From Chlorokybus atmophyticus (lineage: Eukaryota > Plantae > Mesostigma and Chlorokybus algae), in contig RHPI01002823.1 of the NCBI GenBank assembly GCA_009103225.1, positions 381,104 through 445,103 of the forward strand: DNA of 64,000 bases, given 5' to 3'. Position numbers and translations under genes: made by a program. The notes beneath the pieces are model-generated. The model searched no databases. It was not told where the DNA came from and worked only from the letters and a program-made list of their open reading frames with translations. Positions 35,638 to 48,138 of this stretch are shown one piece after another (the stretch's first letter is position 1; the number at the start of each line of letters is the position of its first letter).

Positions 35638-38600
35638 NAGTTGACCGCTGGTGCGGCAATTGTTGCACCAGTACTCCTCCATGGGTATTGCGTCCAATGG
35701 GGGCTCCAGACAGTAGCAATGCAGGCCGTTGTTACAGCCATCGCAAAGCATCATAAGTGCATCATCGCCGGCGCTACGGCAGCGTTCACAGCGTGTGCTG
35801 CGGGCGGGGCGAGGGTGCTGGATGCGCGTGAAGCCTGCTATGTAAGGGAGGTGACATGGCGCGCAGTTCACCATATTGTCTTTCAGCCTCTCACCATTCT
35901 AACCAAGGAGATTCAGCACTTTTGTGGGGTACACCTTGAGTACTTTGTAGACGGTGCGGCCCACGGAGGTGTCGAGCGTGTCTTTAATGGCTGCCATGCG
36001 GTAAGCAAAGTCACCTGTCCGGTGTGAAACCGCCGTTGGCGCTCCTTGTAGAAGCCGCTGCGCACGCGCTCGTAGCGCAGAATGTCACGATGCTGTGCGA
36101 TGCGCAGGTTGTGGAAGGCCATCGGGACGGTGTGCTCGAACAGCGTGGCACGTGTGATGATATCGTGATGCATCCAGTCGGGATCGTTGAGGTTGTCCAC
36201 CACGCGGTCTACTTCCTGCTGTGCACGCAACGGAAGCAACGGCGGACGCCCGAACAGCAAGTAGTATGGGCTGCACTCGCGCAGAGCCGCCTGGTTCGAC
36301 AATTCGTAGCCAAGAGCCACCCATGGAAGGTGGTCGTCCCTGGTGTTCTTCTCATAATCCAGCACGTATTTGCCGAGTGCCTTCTCGATAGTCTGCACCG
36401 TCCGCTCAGCGAGACCGTCGGGTTGAGGGTGGTCACGCGAAGTACGGCGGTGATCAATGTAGCATTTGTTCAGCAGGGTGTCGAACTCCCCTCTGAACTC
36501 GATGCCCTAGTTGGTAATGACCTCAGCGCAGCTGCCAAACCGGCTGAGGTTGTGGGAGAGGAAAGCTTGCGCCACCTCCCTGCTGCTCTTGTCGGGTAAT
36601 GGCACCAGCTCCACCCATTTGGAGAAGTGCTCGATCATGACCAGGATGTAGCGGTTGCCCCGCGCTGAGGGTGCCAAGTCTCCCAAAATGTCGAGTCCCC
36701 AGCGGTAGAACAGCCCAGAGATGGGAGAGGGTGCAAGGCGGCGCTGCGTGTGTTGAGGCTGGCACGTACCATGTCACACTGCTGGCAGCGACTGATGAAC
36801 CCCTGCACCTGTTTGGACAACCCATACCACCAATAATGCGCCCTTACCAGGCTGACGGTACACCTGACTCCGAAGTGCCCAAGCTCCGTGTGTAGGGCAG
36901 CGACGATGCCCTCGCATGTGGCTTGCGTTGGCACCTCCTTGTCCTCGTCCTGGAAGCGGCGGTACACTTTGTCACTCGCCCACCGGTGGTGGCGGGTTGC
37001 GCTGACTGACCCGATCTTTCTCTTGTGCACTCATATTGGAGGGGAGCTGGCCACTTTAAAGGAAGGGAAGTGTTGGCTTGTCCAGCCGTATGTCTTGCCT
37101 GGTGGTCGATGGGTGCCAGCTCGATGTCGTCGACTTCGATGTCGACCGCGTGGACGTCCCCTTGTGGTGTGATCACTGTGGGGTCGGTAGCCTTAAGGGC
37201 CGGAACCTCCTGTGTCGTTGAGGTGGTGTTGATCTGACGCCCTGACCGTAACGCGGCAGCAGCAGACATGGCTCCCATGGTGGGAGCCACTGCTGCGGGG
37301 CCGAGCTCGTGCCAAGCTCCGGTTGCATTGTAGGTACTGCGGTGAGGGTTTCAACTAAGACCATCAGCGTCCTGGTTGGTGAGGCCGGCGCGGTGGTCGA
37401 TCTCGAAGTCATACTCCTGAAGCAACAGGGCCCAGCGAGCACGTTTCCCTGTCAGATGTTGGTTGGTCATTAACCATTTGAGTGGCTGATGATCGGTGAT
37501 CAGCTGAAAGTGTCGACTAAAAGGGAAAGGTCTGAAAAAGGAGATAGCCCATACTGCGGCGAGGCACTCCCCCTCGTAGCTGCTGTAGTTGGCCTCAGCA
37601 CTGTTGTTGCTCTGGCTGGCGTATGACACCACCCGCTCCTTCTTGTTCTCATCGTGCTGTACCAGCACAGCCCCCATCCCAAGTTTGCTCCAGTCGGTGT
37701 GGAGAATAAAAGGCTTGTTCTAGTCAGGCCGTTGCAGGATGGGAGCGGTGGTGAGCCTGCCCTTTAGCTCCTCAGACGCCTGCTGTTGTGGCCCCTTCCA
37801 CGCAAACTCCATCTCTTGCTTCAGGAGCTCGGTGAGGGGTCGCGCGATCTTTGCAAAGTCCTTCACGAACCGACGAGTAGTAGTTGACAAGGCCCAGAAA
37901 GGCACGCAGACGCGTAAGGTCTGTGGGAGCAGGGATAGCCGCCAAAGCCTCCACCTTTGCCTGCTGTACGTACACACCGTGAGGCACAATCATGTGCCCT
38001 AAGTAGGGTACCTTGCGAGTGAAAAGGTGCACTTGTTGGGGTGCACTGTCATCCCCACCCCCTTGAGTCTCCAGCACTTCCTCGATGTGCTGCAGGTGCT
38101 CGTCGTTGCTGCGACTGAAGATGAGAACGTCGTCGATGTAGCATCGCGCAAAGTCCAGCCCCTTGAAGGCTTTGTCCATGACGCGCTGGAACTTGGCAGC
38201 AGCATTCTTCAGTCCGAAGTGCATGACCTTCCACTGATACAGCTGCCGATTGCCCCAGAAAGAGGTCTTGTGCTTGTCCTCCTCCTTGATGGCAATCTGG
38301 TGGTACCCTTGTCGCATATCCAGGATGCTGAAGACGGTGCAGTCTCCTACATCATTTGGGATACCCTCTGCAATAGGCATTGGCTACCTATCTTGTTTTG
38401 TCTTGTTCTTTAAGGGGGCGATAGTCGCCGCACATGCGCCGGTCAGTTGCTTGCTAAGTCCTTATTTAGGGGCATGACGGTCGCGGCCGCAAAGTCCGAT
38501 GTGGACACCTCAATCAGGCTTGCATCTAACAGAGCCTTGCACCTCTGCTTCACCAAGTCTTCTTTCAACTTGGAGAGTGTTGAAGGACTAGCATGCACAT

Positions 38601-39043
38601 GTAGCTAAGGCAAGCATGGATGCACAGAGACAGAGCTACCGCCACCAGAGCATACACAAGTCACATCACATTCATCTATTACAAGTTGTCCGCTGGTTCT
38701 TATACCAGCCAGTTACACACACGTCTACGTTTGCAAGCACTGCGTAGGCTATACTCAGCCTTTTGACGCGCTCTAAGCTGCGTTGTCTTTCTTACAACCA
38801 GAGCTTTCCAACAAGCTCTTACACGCCTAATATGAGTAAGTATACGCGGAGATACGAAGCAGTTAGTAAGGCTCCAGTCTGGAGTCCGGAGTCTGGTCCG
38901 ACGATGCCATCTTGCTAAGTCCGGACCTAGTGCTCGTCCTTACGACCTTCTACTCCTGTGTGGAGGGTCGATGCTGATCGTATGTAGGAATACTCTCAAC
39001 ACTCCCACGCGAGCAGCTTGACCTCCAACGCTTGCTCCTGTAG

Positions 39044-42000
39044 TCAAACACAGATGCCAAGTCCTGCACAACAAGTCTTGAACTTGAGTGGTGACAATGG
39101 CTTTGTCATGAAGTCCGCCAGCATGCCCTCGGTGTTGCAGTACTGGAACTCCACCTCCTTCCTTGTGACTCTGTCACGCACAAAGTGATGCATGACATCA
39201 ATGTGCTTCGTCCTTGCCGAGGCGATAGGGTGCTTCAACAACTTGATGGCTCCTTGGTTGTCACAGTTGATGACGATGCACGCCATGGGGTGCTCCAAGT
39301 CTGCCATGAGCTTGCGAAGCCAGAGTGCCTCCTTCACTGCTGCTGCCGCTGCCATGTACTCAGCCTCTGATGTAGATGCTGCTGTTGTTGGCTGCAGCCT
39401 GCTGTTCCAGCTCACCACGCCTCCGTTCAGCTTGAAGACGTAGCCTGTAGTGGACCTCCTGCTGTTGAGGTCACCAGCAAAGTCCGAGTCGCAGTAGCCC
39501 TCCAACTCAGTGCTCCCGCTCCCAAACTTGATGCCAACTGTTGCGCTCCCAGCAACATAGCGTAGTACTCCCTTTGCTGCTCTCCAGTGCTCCATGCTCG
39601 GTGCAGACATGTAGCGAGCAAGTACTCCCACAGCATGTGCAACATCGGGACGTGTGCACACTGCCAGATAGAGCATGCTGCCTACCAGCTCACCATATGG
39701 ATACTGAGCCTTGTCGAGTACCTCCTCATCCTTTGCCTTGATGAGGGCAGTGCCAAGTGCCAACGGTGTGGTCTTGGTCTTCGCTTCAGTGAGCCCAAAC
39801 TTGGTGACGAGTCTTCTCACCATCTGCTCCTGACTGATCTTGATTGTGCGAGCCGCCCTGTCGCGCTCAATCACCATGCCAAGGAACCACTTGGCCTCTC
39901 CAAGATCACGAACTGAGAATGCTTGCTGTAGAGCAAGTTTCGTCTCCTGCAGGTGGTGCACCTGCCTGGCGGTGATGATGATATCATCAACATACACGAG
40001 CAGCCAGACCTTGTTGTCTGCATGGATGAAGAGCCCAGGGTCTGCAGAGGATGCGGTGAAGCCAAGTGCCTCCAGCTCCTTGGTGAGCTTGATGTGCCAC
40101 ATACGCGGTGCCTGTCGCAGCCCGTACAGTGCCTTGATCAGCTTGCACGCTGTGCCTCTCTCCCCTTCTTCATATCCAGGTGGTTGCTCGATGAAGATCT
40201 CCTCCTCCAGCTCTCCGTAGAGGAAGGCAGTCTTCACATCCAGGTGATGCAGCTCTAGGTCTTCAGCAGCAACCATAGCTAGCAGTGCACGGAAGGTGGT
40301 ATGCTTACTTGCAGGTGCAAACACTTCGTTGAAGTCCACACCTTCCTGCTGCAAGAAGCCCTTTGCCACCAGTCTTGCCTTGTAGCGCTCAATGTTGCCC
40401 TGACCATCACGCTTCACCTTGAAGACCCATTTCACTGGAATGGTCTTCACTCCTTGCGGTAACTGCTCCAGTGACCAAGTGTTGTTGGCATGGAGTGACG
40501 CAATCTCCTCGTCCATAGCACGCTGCCATTGCTCCGCATCTGGTGCTAACAATGCCTCCTCGTAGGTGCTTGGCTCCTCATTGTGCACACTGGCGACGTG
40601 TGCCTTGTGTAAGAAGTCAGGTGCCTTTCTCTCCCTCACTGGGTATCTCCGAGCTGCGTGCTCCTGCTGCAGGTGCGACTGCTTGTCTGCTACAGTGGAG
40701 TCCTGCTCACCCTTATCGTCGATGATGGCCTTGCCTGTAGCCTCCACTGTTTCAGGATGCTCCGGCTGTGCTTCATCTTCAGGAAAGAAGCCTGCTTCTG
40801 GTTGTGATAATCCCTCGTGGAAAACCACCTCTATCTGGTGTGGCTCCATAGAAGTGCTCCCACGGAGTCTTCTGCTCTGAGCTCACCGGAGACCTGTTGC
40901 GGATGTAGTTGGCAGTGAGTACCGCCTCCTTCCACAAACTGTCTTCCATCTTTGTGTCGTTGAGCATGGCTCGAACACGCTCCAAGAGTGTCCTGTTGAG
41001 GCGTTCAGCTGCTCCATTCTGCTGCGGGGTGTAGGGTGCCGTTGTCTCGTGGCGTATGCCCTTGCTGGCGAAGAACTCCTTCAACTCCTTGTTGATGTAC
41101 TCCCCTCCTCGATCACTCCTCATTGCCTTCATCTTGTTGCCAGACTGCGTCTCCAACAAGGCCACGACTGTGCGCACAGCTCCAGCAACTTCTGACTTGA
41201 GCGTCAATGGAAAGATGATGGACAGCTTGCTGTAGTCGTCGAGCAACGTAGCAAAGTACCTGGCCCCTCCCTTCGCCACAATGCGCATAGGGCCATAGAC
41301 ATCCATGTGCACAAGCTCGCAAGGATGCTGACTGCTAGAAGAGGATGATGGGAATGGCATAGCATGCTGCTTTGCAACCAGGCATGGTTCACAAAGTGCA
41401 CCTGATGCATTCTTGAGTTCTTCTGTGCTGAGATGGATGCCCTTGACCATCTTCTCAGCGACAAGGCGAGTGAGGTTGACGTAGCTGAGATGCCCGAACC
41501 TTCGATGCCACAATGTTGGCGACTCCTTGTCCTTCACCACCATGGCTTGAATGTCTATGTCTTGAGGCTGCTCCACGTGGTAGAGCCCTCCCGGATCAGC
41601 GATTCCAACCATGTGCACGACCCCATCAAGGATGACTGAGCAGCCACCCTTTCGAAATAGGATCTCCGCGCCTAAGCGCTCCGCAACCCTCACAGAGAAT
41701 AGACTCGCAATAGCCTTAGGAACATGCAGGACGTTGCGTAACAACACCTCGCGTAGTGTGTTACCAACCTTGCACTGGAGTCGTATGTTGCCAACTCCCT
41801 CAGCCACCAGTACTTCGCCACCGAAGCCCGCCACCTTTATTGTAGACGTCAGCTTCCTGTAGCCCTCCATCACCTCCTTGTTTGGTGTGAGATGACGATC
41901 GCAGCCAGAGTCCACCACCCAGAAAGCTGTGCCCGCCCTCGAACTGGATGCAGTGAAGGCGACATGTTTCTCCTTGTGTTGGTGCTCGTTGCCGCTGTTG

Positions 42001-42764
42001 CTGGTGCTTGCTCTAGGTTGCCCCTGTTGTTTCTTCCTACAGTCCTTCACAATGTGCCCCTTCCAACCACACCAGTGGCATGTGAGGTCTTTGTGACGAG
42101 GATTGCCTGGCTTGTTGCCCTTGTACTTCTCTTCATGGTTGCTCTTCTTTGCGTGCTTGCCGGTGTAGAAGGCGACGGCATCCGCTTGCTCGTCCTTCTT
42201 CACAACCCTCTGCTCCACGGTGAGCAGCTTCGGTAGCACATCGTCCAACGTCAACTCCGATGATGACGTCTCCAGCAGGGTTGCGACGACCTCGTACTCT
42301 GCTGGTAGCCCTGCAACAATGGCCAGCACTACCTCCGTCTCCCCCATGTTGTGGCCGACGTTGATGAGGTCCGCCCACAGCTCTCTCGCGCGCGCAACAT
42401 ACTTTGTGATGGGTTCTGCTGCCTCCTTCCTGAGTGCGCTGAGCTGCTTGCGTAGATGCAACTTTCTGGCATTGTTCTTGGCTCTGAAAACGGCTGATAG
42501 CTTTTCCCAAGCTTGTCTACCATCTTCACATGCAGTGAGCATGGGAAAGTGATGCGGTTTGCTGTTCAACACAAGCAAAGAGTGTGCTTCTGCTGAATGC
42601 TCTGACCACACAGTGTTCGCTCCTGGTGTTGGTGGTGGTGCCTTCGGATCAACGTACTTCCACACCTTCTTGTGGATGAGCAAGGCCTTCATCTCCACGC
42701 ACCATGTGTTGTAGTTGTCGGTGTCCAGCTTTGCAATCTGCCCCTTGTCGTAGGTCGCCTCCAT
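39044..42764 (-). pseudogene. Copia gag-pol of unit A, broken by a 167-bp deletion at ~40834
   Basis: ORF 40779..42848 (gag, protease, integrase core) and ORF 39044..40849 (RT, RNase H). The junction acctct|atctgg lacks the equivalent of 45147-45313. Confidence 0.93.
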
Positions 42765-43357
42765 TTCTGTCGAGCCTGCCTTTCTTGCAGTTGACACCCA
42801 AGGCTCTGCTACCAACAAGCTACCGTAGTGTAGAACTACTATGCACACAAGCTAGTCTCACACTCCTCAAGCGTAGTGTGGGCCCATAACCTGTTGAAGG
42901 ACTAGCATGCACATGTAGTTGAGGCAAGCATAGATACACACGGACAGAGCTACCGCCACCAGAGCATACACAAGTCACATCACATTCATCTATTACAAGT
43001 TGTTTGCTGGTTCTTATACCAGCCAGTTACACACACGTCTACGTTTGCAAGCACTGCGTAAGCTATACTCAGCCTTTTGACGCGCTCTAAGCTGCGTTGT
43101 CTTTCTTACAACCAGAGCTTTTCAACAAGCTCTTACACGCCTAATATGAGTAAGTATACGCGGAGATACGAAGCAGTTAGTAAGGCTCCAGTCTGGAGTC
43201 CGGAGTCTGGTCCGACGATGCCATCTTGCTAAGTCCGGACCTAGTGCTCGTCCTTACGACCTTCTACTCCTGTGTGGAGGGTCGATGCTGATCGTATGTA
43301 GGAATACTCTCAACACTCCCACGCGAGCAGCTTGACCTCCAACGCTTGCTCCTGTAG

Positions 43358-46300
43358 TCAAACACAGATGCCAAGTCCTGCACAACAAGTCTTGAACTTG
43401 AGTGGTGACAATGGCTTTGTCATGAAGTCCGCCAGCATGCCCTCGGTGTTGCAGTACTGGAACTCCACCTCCTTCCTTGTGACTCTGTCACGCACAAAGT
43501 GATGCATGACATCAATGTGCTTCGTCCTTGCCGAGGCGATAGGGTGCTTTAACAACTTGATGGCTCCTTGGTTGTCACAGTTGATGACGATGCACGCCAT
43601 GGGGTGCTCCAAGTCTGCCATGAGCTTGCGAAGCCAGAGTGCCTCCTTCACTGCTGCTGCCGCTGCCATGTACTCAGCCTCTGATGTAGATGCTGCTGTT
43701 GTTGGCTGCAGCCTGCTGATCCAGCTTACCACGCCTCCGTTCAGCTTAAAGACGTAGCCTGTAGTGGACCTCCTGCTGTTGAGGTCACCAGCAAAGTCCG
43801 AGTCGCAGTAGCCCTCCAACTCAGTGCTCCCGCTCCCAAACTTGATGCCAACTGTTGCGCTCCCAGCAACATAGCGTAGTACTCCCTTTGCTGCTCTCCA
43901 GTGCTCCATGCTCGGTGCAGACATGTAGCGAGCAAGTACTCCCACAGCATGTGCAACATCGGGACGTGTGCACACTGCCAGATAGAGCATGCTGCCTACC
44001 AGCTCACCATATGGATACTGAGCCTTGTCGAGTACCTCCTCATACTTTGCATTGATGAGGGCAGTGCCAAGTGCCAACGGTGTGGTCTTGGTCTTCGCTT
44101 CAGTGAGCCCAAACTTGGTGACGAGTCTTCTCACCATCTGCTCCTGACTGATCTTGATTGTGCGAGCCGCCCTGTCGCGCTCAATCACCATGCCAAGGAA
44201 CCACTTGGCCTCTCCAAGATCACGAACTGAGAATGCTTGCTGTAGAGCAAGTTTCGTCTCCTGCAGGTGGTGCACCTGCCAGGCGGTGATGATGATATCA
44301 TCAACATACACGAGCAGCCAGACCTTGTTGTCTGCATGGATGAAGAGCTCAGGGTCTGCAGAGGATGCGGTGTAGCCAAGTGCCTCAAGCTCCTTGGTGA
44401 GCCTGATGTGCCACATACGCGGTGCCTGTCGCAGCCCGTACAGTGCCTTAATCAGCTTGCACGCTGTGCCTCTCTCCCCTTCTTCATATCCAGGTGGTTG
44501 CTCGATGAAGATCTCCTCCTCCAGCTCTCCGTAGAGGAAGGCAGTCTTCACATCCAGGTGATGCAGCTCTAGGTCTTCAGCAGCAACCATAGCTAGCAGT
44601 GCACGGAAGGTGGTATGCTTACTTGCAGGTGCAAACACTTCGTTGAAGTCCACACCTTCCTGCTGCAAGAAGCCCTTTGCCACCAGTCTTGCCTTGTAGC
44701 GCTCAATGTTGCCCTGACCATCACGCTTCACCTTGAAGACCCATTTCACTGGAATGGTCTTCACTCCTTGCGGTAACTGCTCCAGTGACCAAGTGTTGTT
44801 GGCATGGAGTGACGCAATCTCCTCGTCCATAGCACGCTGCCATTGCTCCGCATCTGGTGCTAACAATGCCTCCTCGTAGGTGCTTGGCTCCTCATTGTGC
44901 ACACTGGCGACGTGTGCCTTGTGTAGGAAGTCAGGTGCCTTTCTCTCCCTCACTGGGTATCTCCGAGCTGCGTGCTCCTGCTGCAGGTGCGACTGCTTGT
45001 CTGCTACAGTGGAGTCCTGCTCACCCTTATCGTCGATGATGGCCTTGCCTGTAGCCTCCACTGTTTCAGGATGCTCCGGCTGTGCTTCATCTTCAGGAAA
45101 GAAGCCTGCTTCTGGTTGTGATAATCCCTCGTGGAAAACCACCTCTCTGCTCACGATGATCTTCTGAGTGTCCTCGAGCAAGATCCTGTAAGCCTTGGAA
45201 CCCGGTTCATAGCCAACGAAGATGCCCTTCTTGCTGACCGGCTCCAGCTTGTGCCTGAGCTGTTTAGGCACTAGTGCATATGCCGTGCATCCAAACACAC
45301 GCATACCACTCACATCTGGTGTGGCTCCATAGAAGTGCTCCCACGGAGTCTTCTGCTCTGAGCTCACCGGAGACCTGTTGCGGATGTAGTTGGCAGTGAG
45401 TACCGCCTCCTTCCACAGACTGTCTTCCATCTTTGTGTCGCTGAGCATGGCTCGAACACGCTCCAAGAGTGTCCTGTTGAGGCGTTCAGCTGCTCCATTC
45501 TGCTGCGGGGTGTAGGGTGCCGTTGTCTCGTGGCGTATGCCCTTGCTGGCGAAGAACTCCTTCAACTCCTTGTTGATGTACTCCCCTCCTCGATCACTCC
45601 TCATTGCCTTCATCTTGTTGCCAGACTGCGTCTCCAACAAGGCCACGACTGTGCGCACAGCTCCAGCAACTTCTGACTTGAGCGTCAATGGAAAGATGAT
45701 GGACAGCTTGCTGTAGTCGTCGAGGAATGTAGCAAAGTACCTGGCCCCTCCCTTCGCCACAATGCGCATAGGGCCACAGACATCCATGTGCACAAGCTCG
45801 CAAGGATGCTGACTGCTAGAAGAGGATGATGGGAATGGCATAGCATGCTGCTTTGCAACCAGGCATGGTTCACAAAGTGCACCTGATGCTGTCTTGAGTT
45901 CTTCTGTGCTGAGATGGATGCCCTTGACCATCTTCTCAGCGACAAGGCGAGTGAGGTTGACGTAGCTGAGATGCCCGAACCTTCGATGCCACAATGTTGG
46001 CGACTCCTTGTCCTTCACCACCATGGCTTGAATGTCTCTGTCTTGAGGCTGCTCCACGTGGTAGAGCCCTCCCGGATCAGCGATTCCAACCATGTGCACG
46101 ACCCCATCAAGGATGACTGAGCAGCCACCCTTCCGAAATAGGATCTCCGCGCCTAAGCGCTCCGCAACCCTCACAGAGAATAGACTCGCAATAGCCTTAG
46201 GAACATGCAGGACGTTGCGTAACAACACCTCGCGTAGTGTGTTACCAACCTTGCACTGGAGTCGTACGTTGCCAACTCCCTCAGCCACCAGTACTTCGCC

Positions 46301-47244
46301 ACCGAAGCCCGCCACCTTGATTGTGGACGTCAGCTTCCTGTAGCCCTCCATCACCTCCTTGTTTGGTGTGAGATGACGATCGCAGCCAGAGTCCACCACC
46401 CAGAAAGCTGTGCCCGCCCTCGAACTGGATGCAGTGAAGGCGACATGTTTCTCCTTGTGTTGGTGCTCGTTGCCGCTGTTGCTGGTGCTTGCTCTAGGTT
46501 GCCCCTGTTGTTTCTTCCTACAGTCCTTCACAATGTGCCCCTTCCAACCACACCAGTGGCATGTGAGGTCTTTGTGACGAGGATTGCCTGGCTTGTTGCC
46601 CTTGTACTTCTCTTCATGGTTGCTCTTCTTTGCGTGCTTGCCGGTGTAGAAGGCGACGGCATCCGCTTGCTCGTCCTTCTTCACAACCCTCTGCTCCACG
46701 GTGAGCAGCTTCGGTAGCACATCGTCCAACGTCAACTCCGATGATGACGTCTCCAGCAGGGTTGCGACGACCTCGTACTCTGCTGGTAGCCCTGCAACAA
46801 TGGCCAGCACTACCTCCGTCTCCCCCATGTTGTGGCCGACGTTGATGAGGTCCGCCCACAGCTCTCTCGCGCGCGCAACATACTTTGTGATGGGTTCTGC
46901 TGCCTCCTTCCTGAGTGCGCTGAGCTGCTTGCGTAGATGCAACTTTCTGGCATTGTTCTTGGCTCTGAAAACGGCTGATAGCTTTTCCCAAGCTTGTCTA
47001 CCATCTTCACATGCAGTGAGCATGGGAAAGTGATGCGGTTTGCTGTTCAACACAAGCAAAGAATGTGCTTCTGCTGAATGCTCTGACCACACAGTGTTCG
47101 CTCCTGGTGTTGGTGGTGGTGCCTTCGGATCAACGTACTTCCACACCTCTTATGGATGAGCAAGGCCTTCATCTCCACGCACCATGTGTTGTAGTTGTCG
47201 GTGTCCAGCTTTGCAATCTGCCCCTTGTCGTAGGTCGCCTCCAT
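43358..47244 (-). CDS. Copia Gag-Pol of unit B (1262-aa open frame; 1-bp deletion near 47148 separates the first ~32 codons)
   Basis: CHWCGWKGHIVKDC knuckle, VVDSGC protease, LWHRRFGH, rve D-D-E region, YVDD RT and RNase H are uninterrupted. The probable start MEATYDKGQ at 47244 lies in another frame. Confidence 0.93.
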
Positions 47245-48138
47245 TTCTGTCGAGCCTGCCTTTCTCGCAGTTGACACCCAAGGCTCTGCTACCAACAAGC
47301 TACCGTAGTGTAGAACTACTATGCACACAAGCTAGTCTCACACTCCTCAAGCGTAGTGTGGGCCCATAACCTGTTGAAGGACTAGCATGCACATGTAGCT
47401 AAGGCAAGCATGGATGCACAGAGACAGAGCTACCGCCACCAGAGCATACACAAGTCACATCACATTCATCTATTACAAGTTGTCCGCTAGTTCTTATACC
47501 AGCCAGTTACACACACGTCTACGTTTGCAAGCACTGCGTAGGCTATACTCAGCCTTTTGACGCGCTCTAAGCTGCGTTGTCTTTCTTACAACCAGAGCTT
47601 TTCAACAAGCTCTTACACGCCTAATATGAGTAAGTATACGCGGAGATACGAAGCAGTTAGTAAGGCTCCAGTCTTGAGTCCGGAGTCTGGTCCGACGATG
47701 CCATCTTGCTAAGTCCGGACCTAGTGCTCGTCCTTACGACCTTCTACTCCTGTGTGGAGGGTCGATGCTGATTGTATGTAGGAATACTCTCAACAGAGAG
47801 TCGGTACTGTCGTCAAAACACCGGTTTGGTGTCCACCAACTCGATGTCCATCTGGTAAACTGAGCAAACCTCCAGGTTCCTTACGTTGAAACTAAACTGA
47901 GTTCTCTTCTTGTTGAGGAGAGCCTTCAGTTGTTCTCGCGTCTGGCCTGTAGCCAGCGGTCCAATGGCATGGGAGCAAGAGGTGGCGTTGGCAACCACTA
48001 GGATGTCCTCGACAGTGACTGCTGCCTGCTCCTCCGTATGGACGATTTCGAGGGCGGTGTGTGCCGCTTTGGTCTCTGCACGCGATCGGCCCACCCCCCT
48101 GCCAGGTGTTCGAGCTCCAAGAAGGACACATGGCGGTC

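Larger units (their letters stand above)
30313..40964. repeat. Direct duplication of ~5.3 kb: 30313-35637 vs 35643-40964, separated by an N at 35638
   Basis: The ORF track repeats with an offset of 5330. Both copies share the same 167-bp Copia deletion; a few differences occur in the Copia part. Confidence 0.95.
38578..47795 (-). mobile_element. Young Ty1/Copia tandem: LTR-internal A-LTR-internal B-LTR, with 5-bp TSD GAGAG
   Basis: 424-bp LTRs at 38578-39001, 42892-43315 and 47372-47795. GAGAG at 38573-38577 and 47796-47800. PBS GGTTATGGGCCC abuts the LTRs at 42880-42891 and 47360-47371; PPT-like GCGTGGGAG precedes each 3' LTR. Confidence 0.97.
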
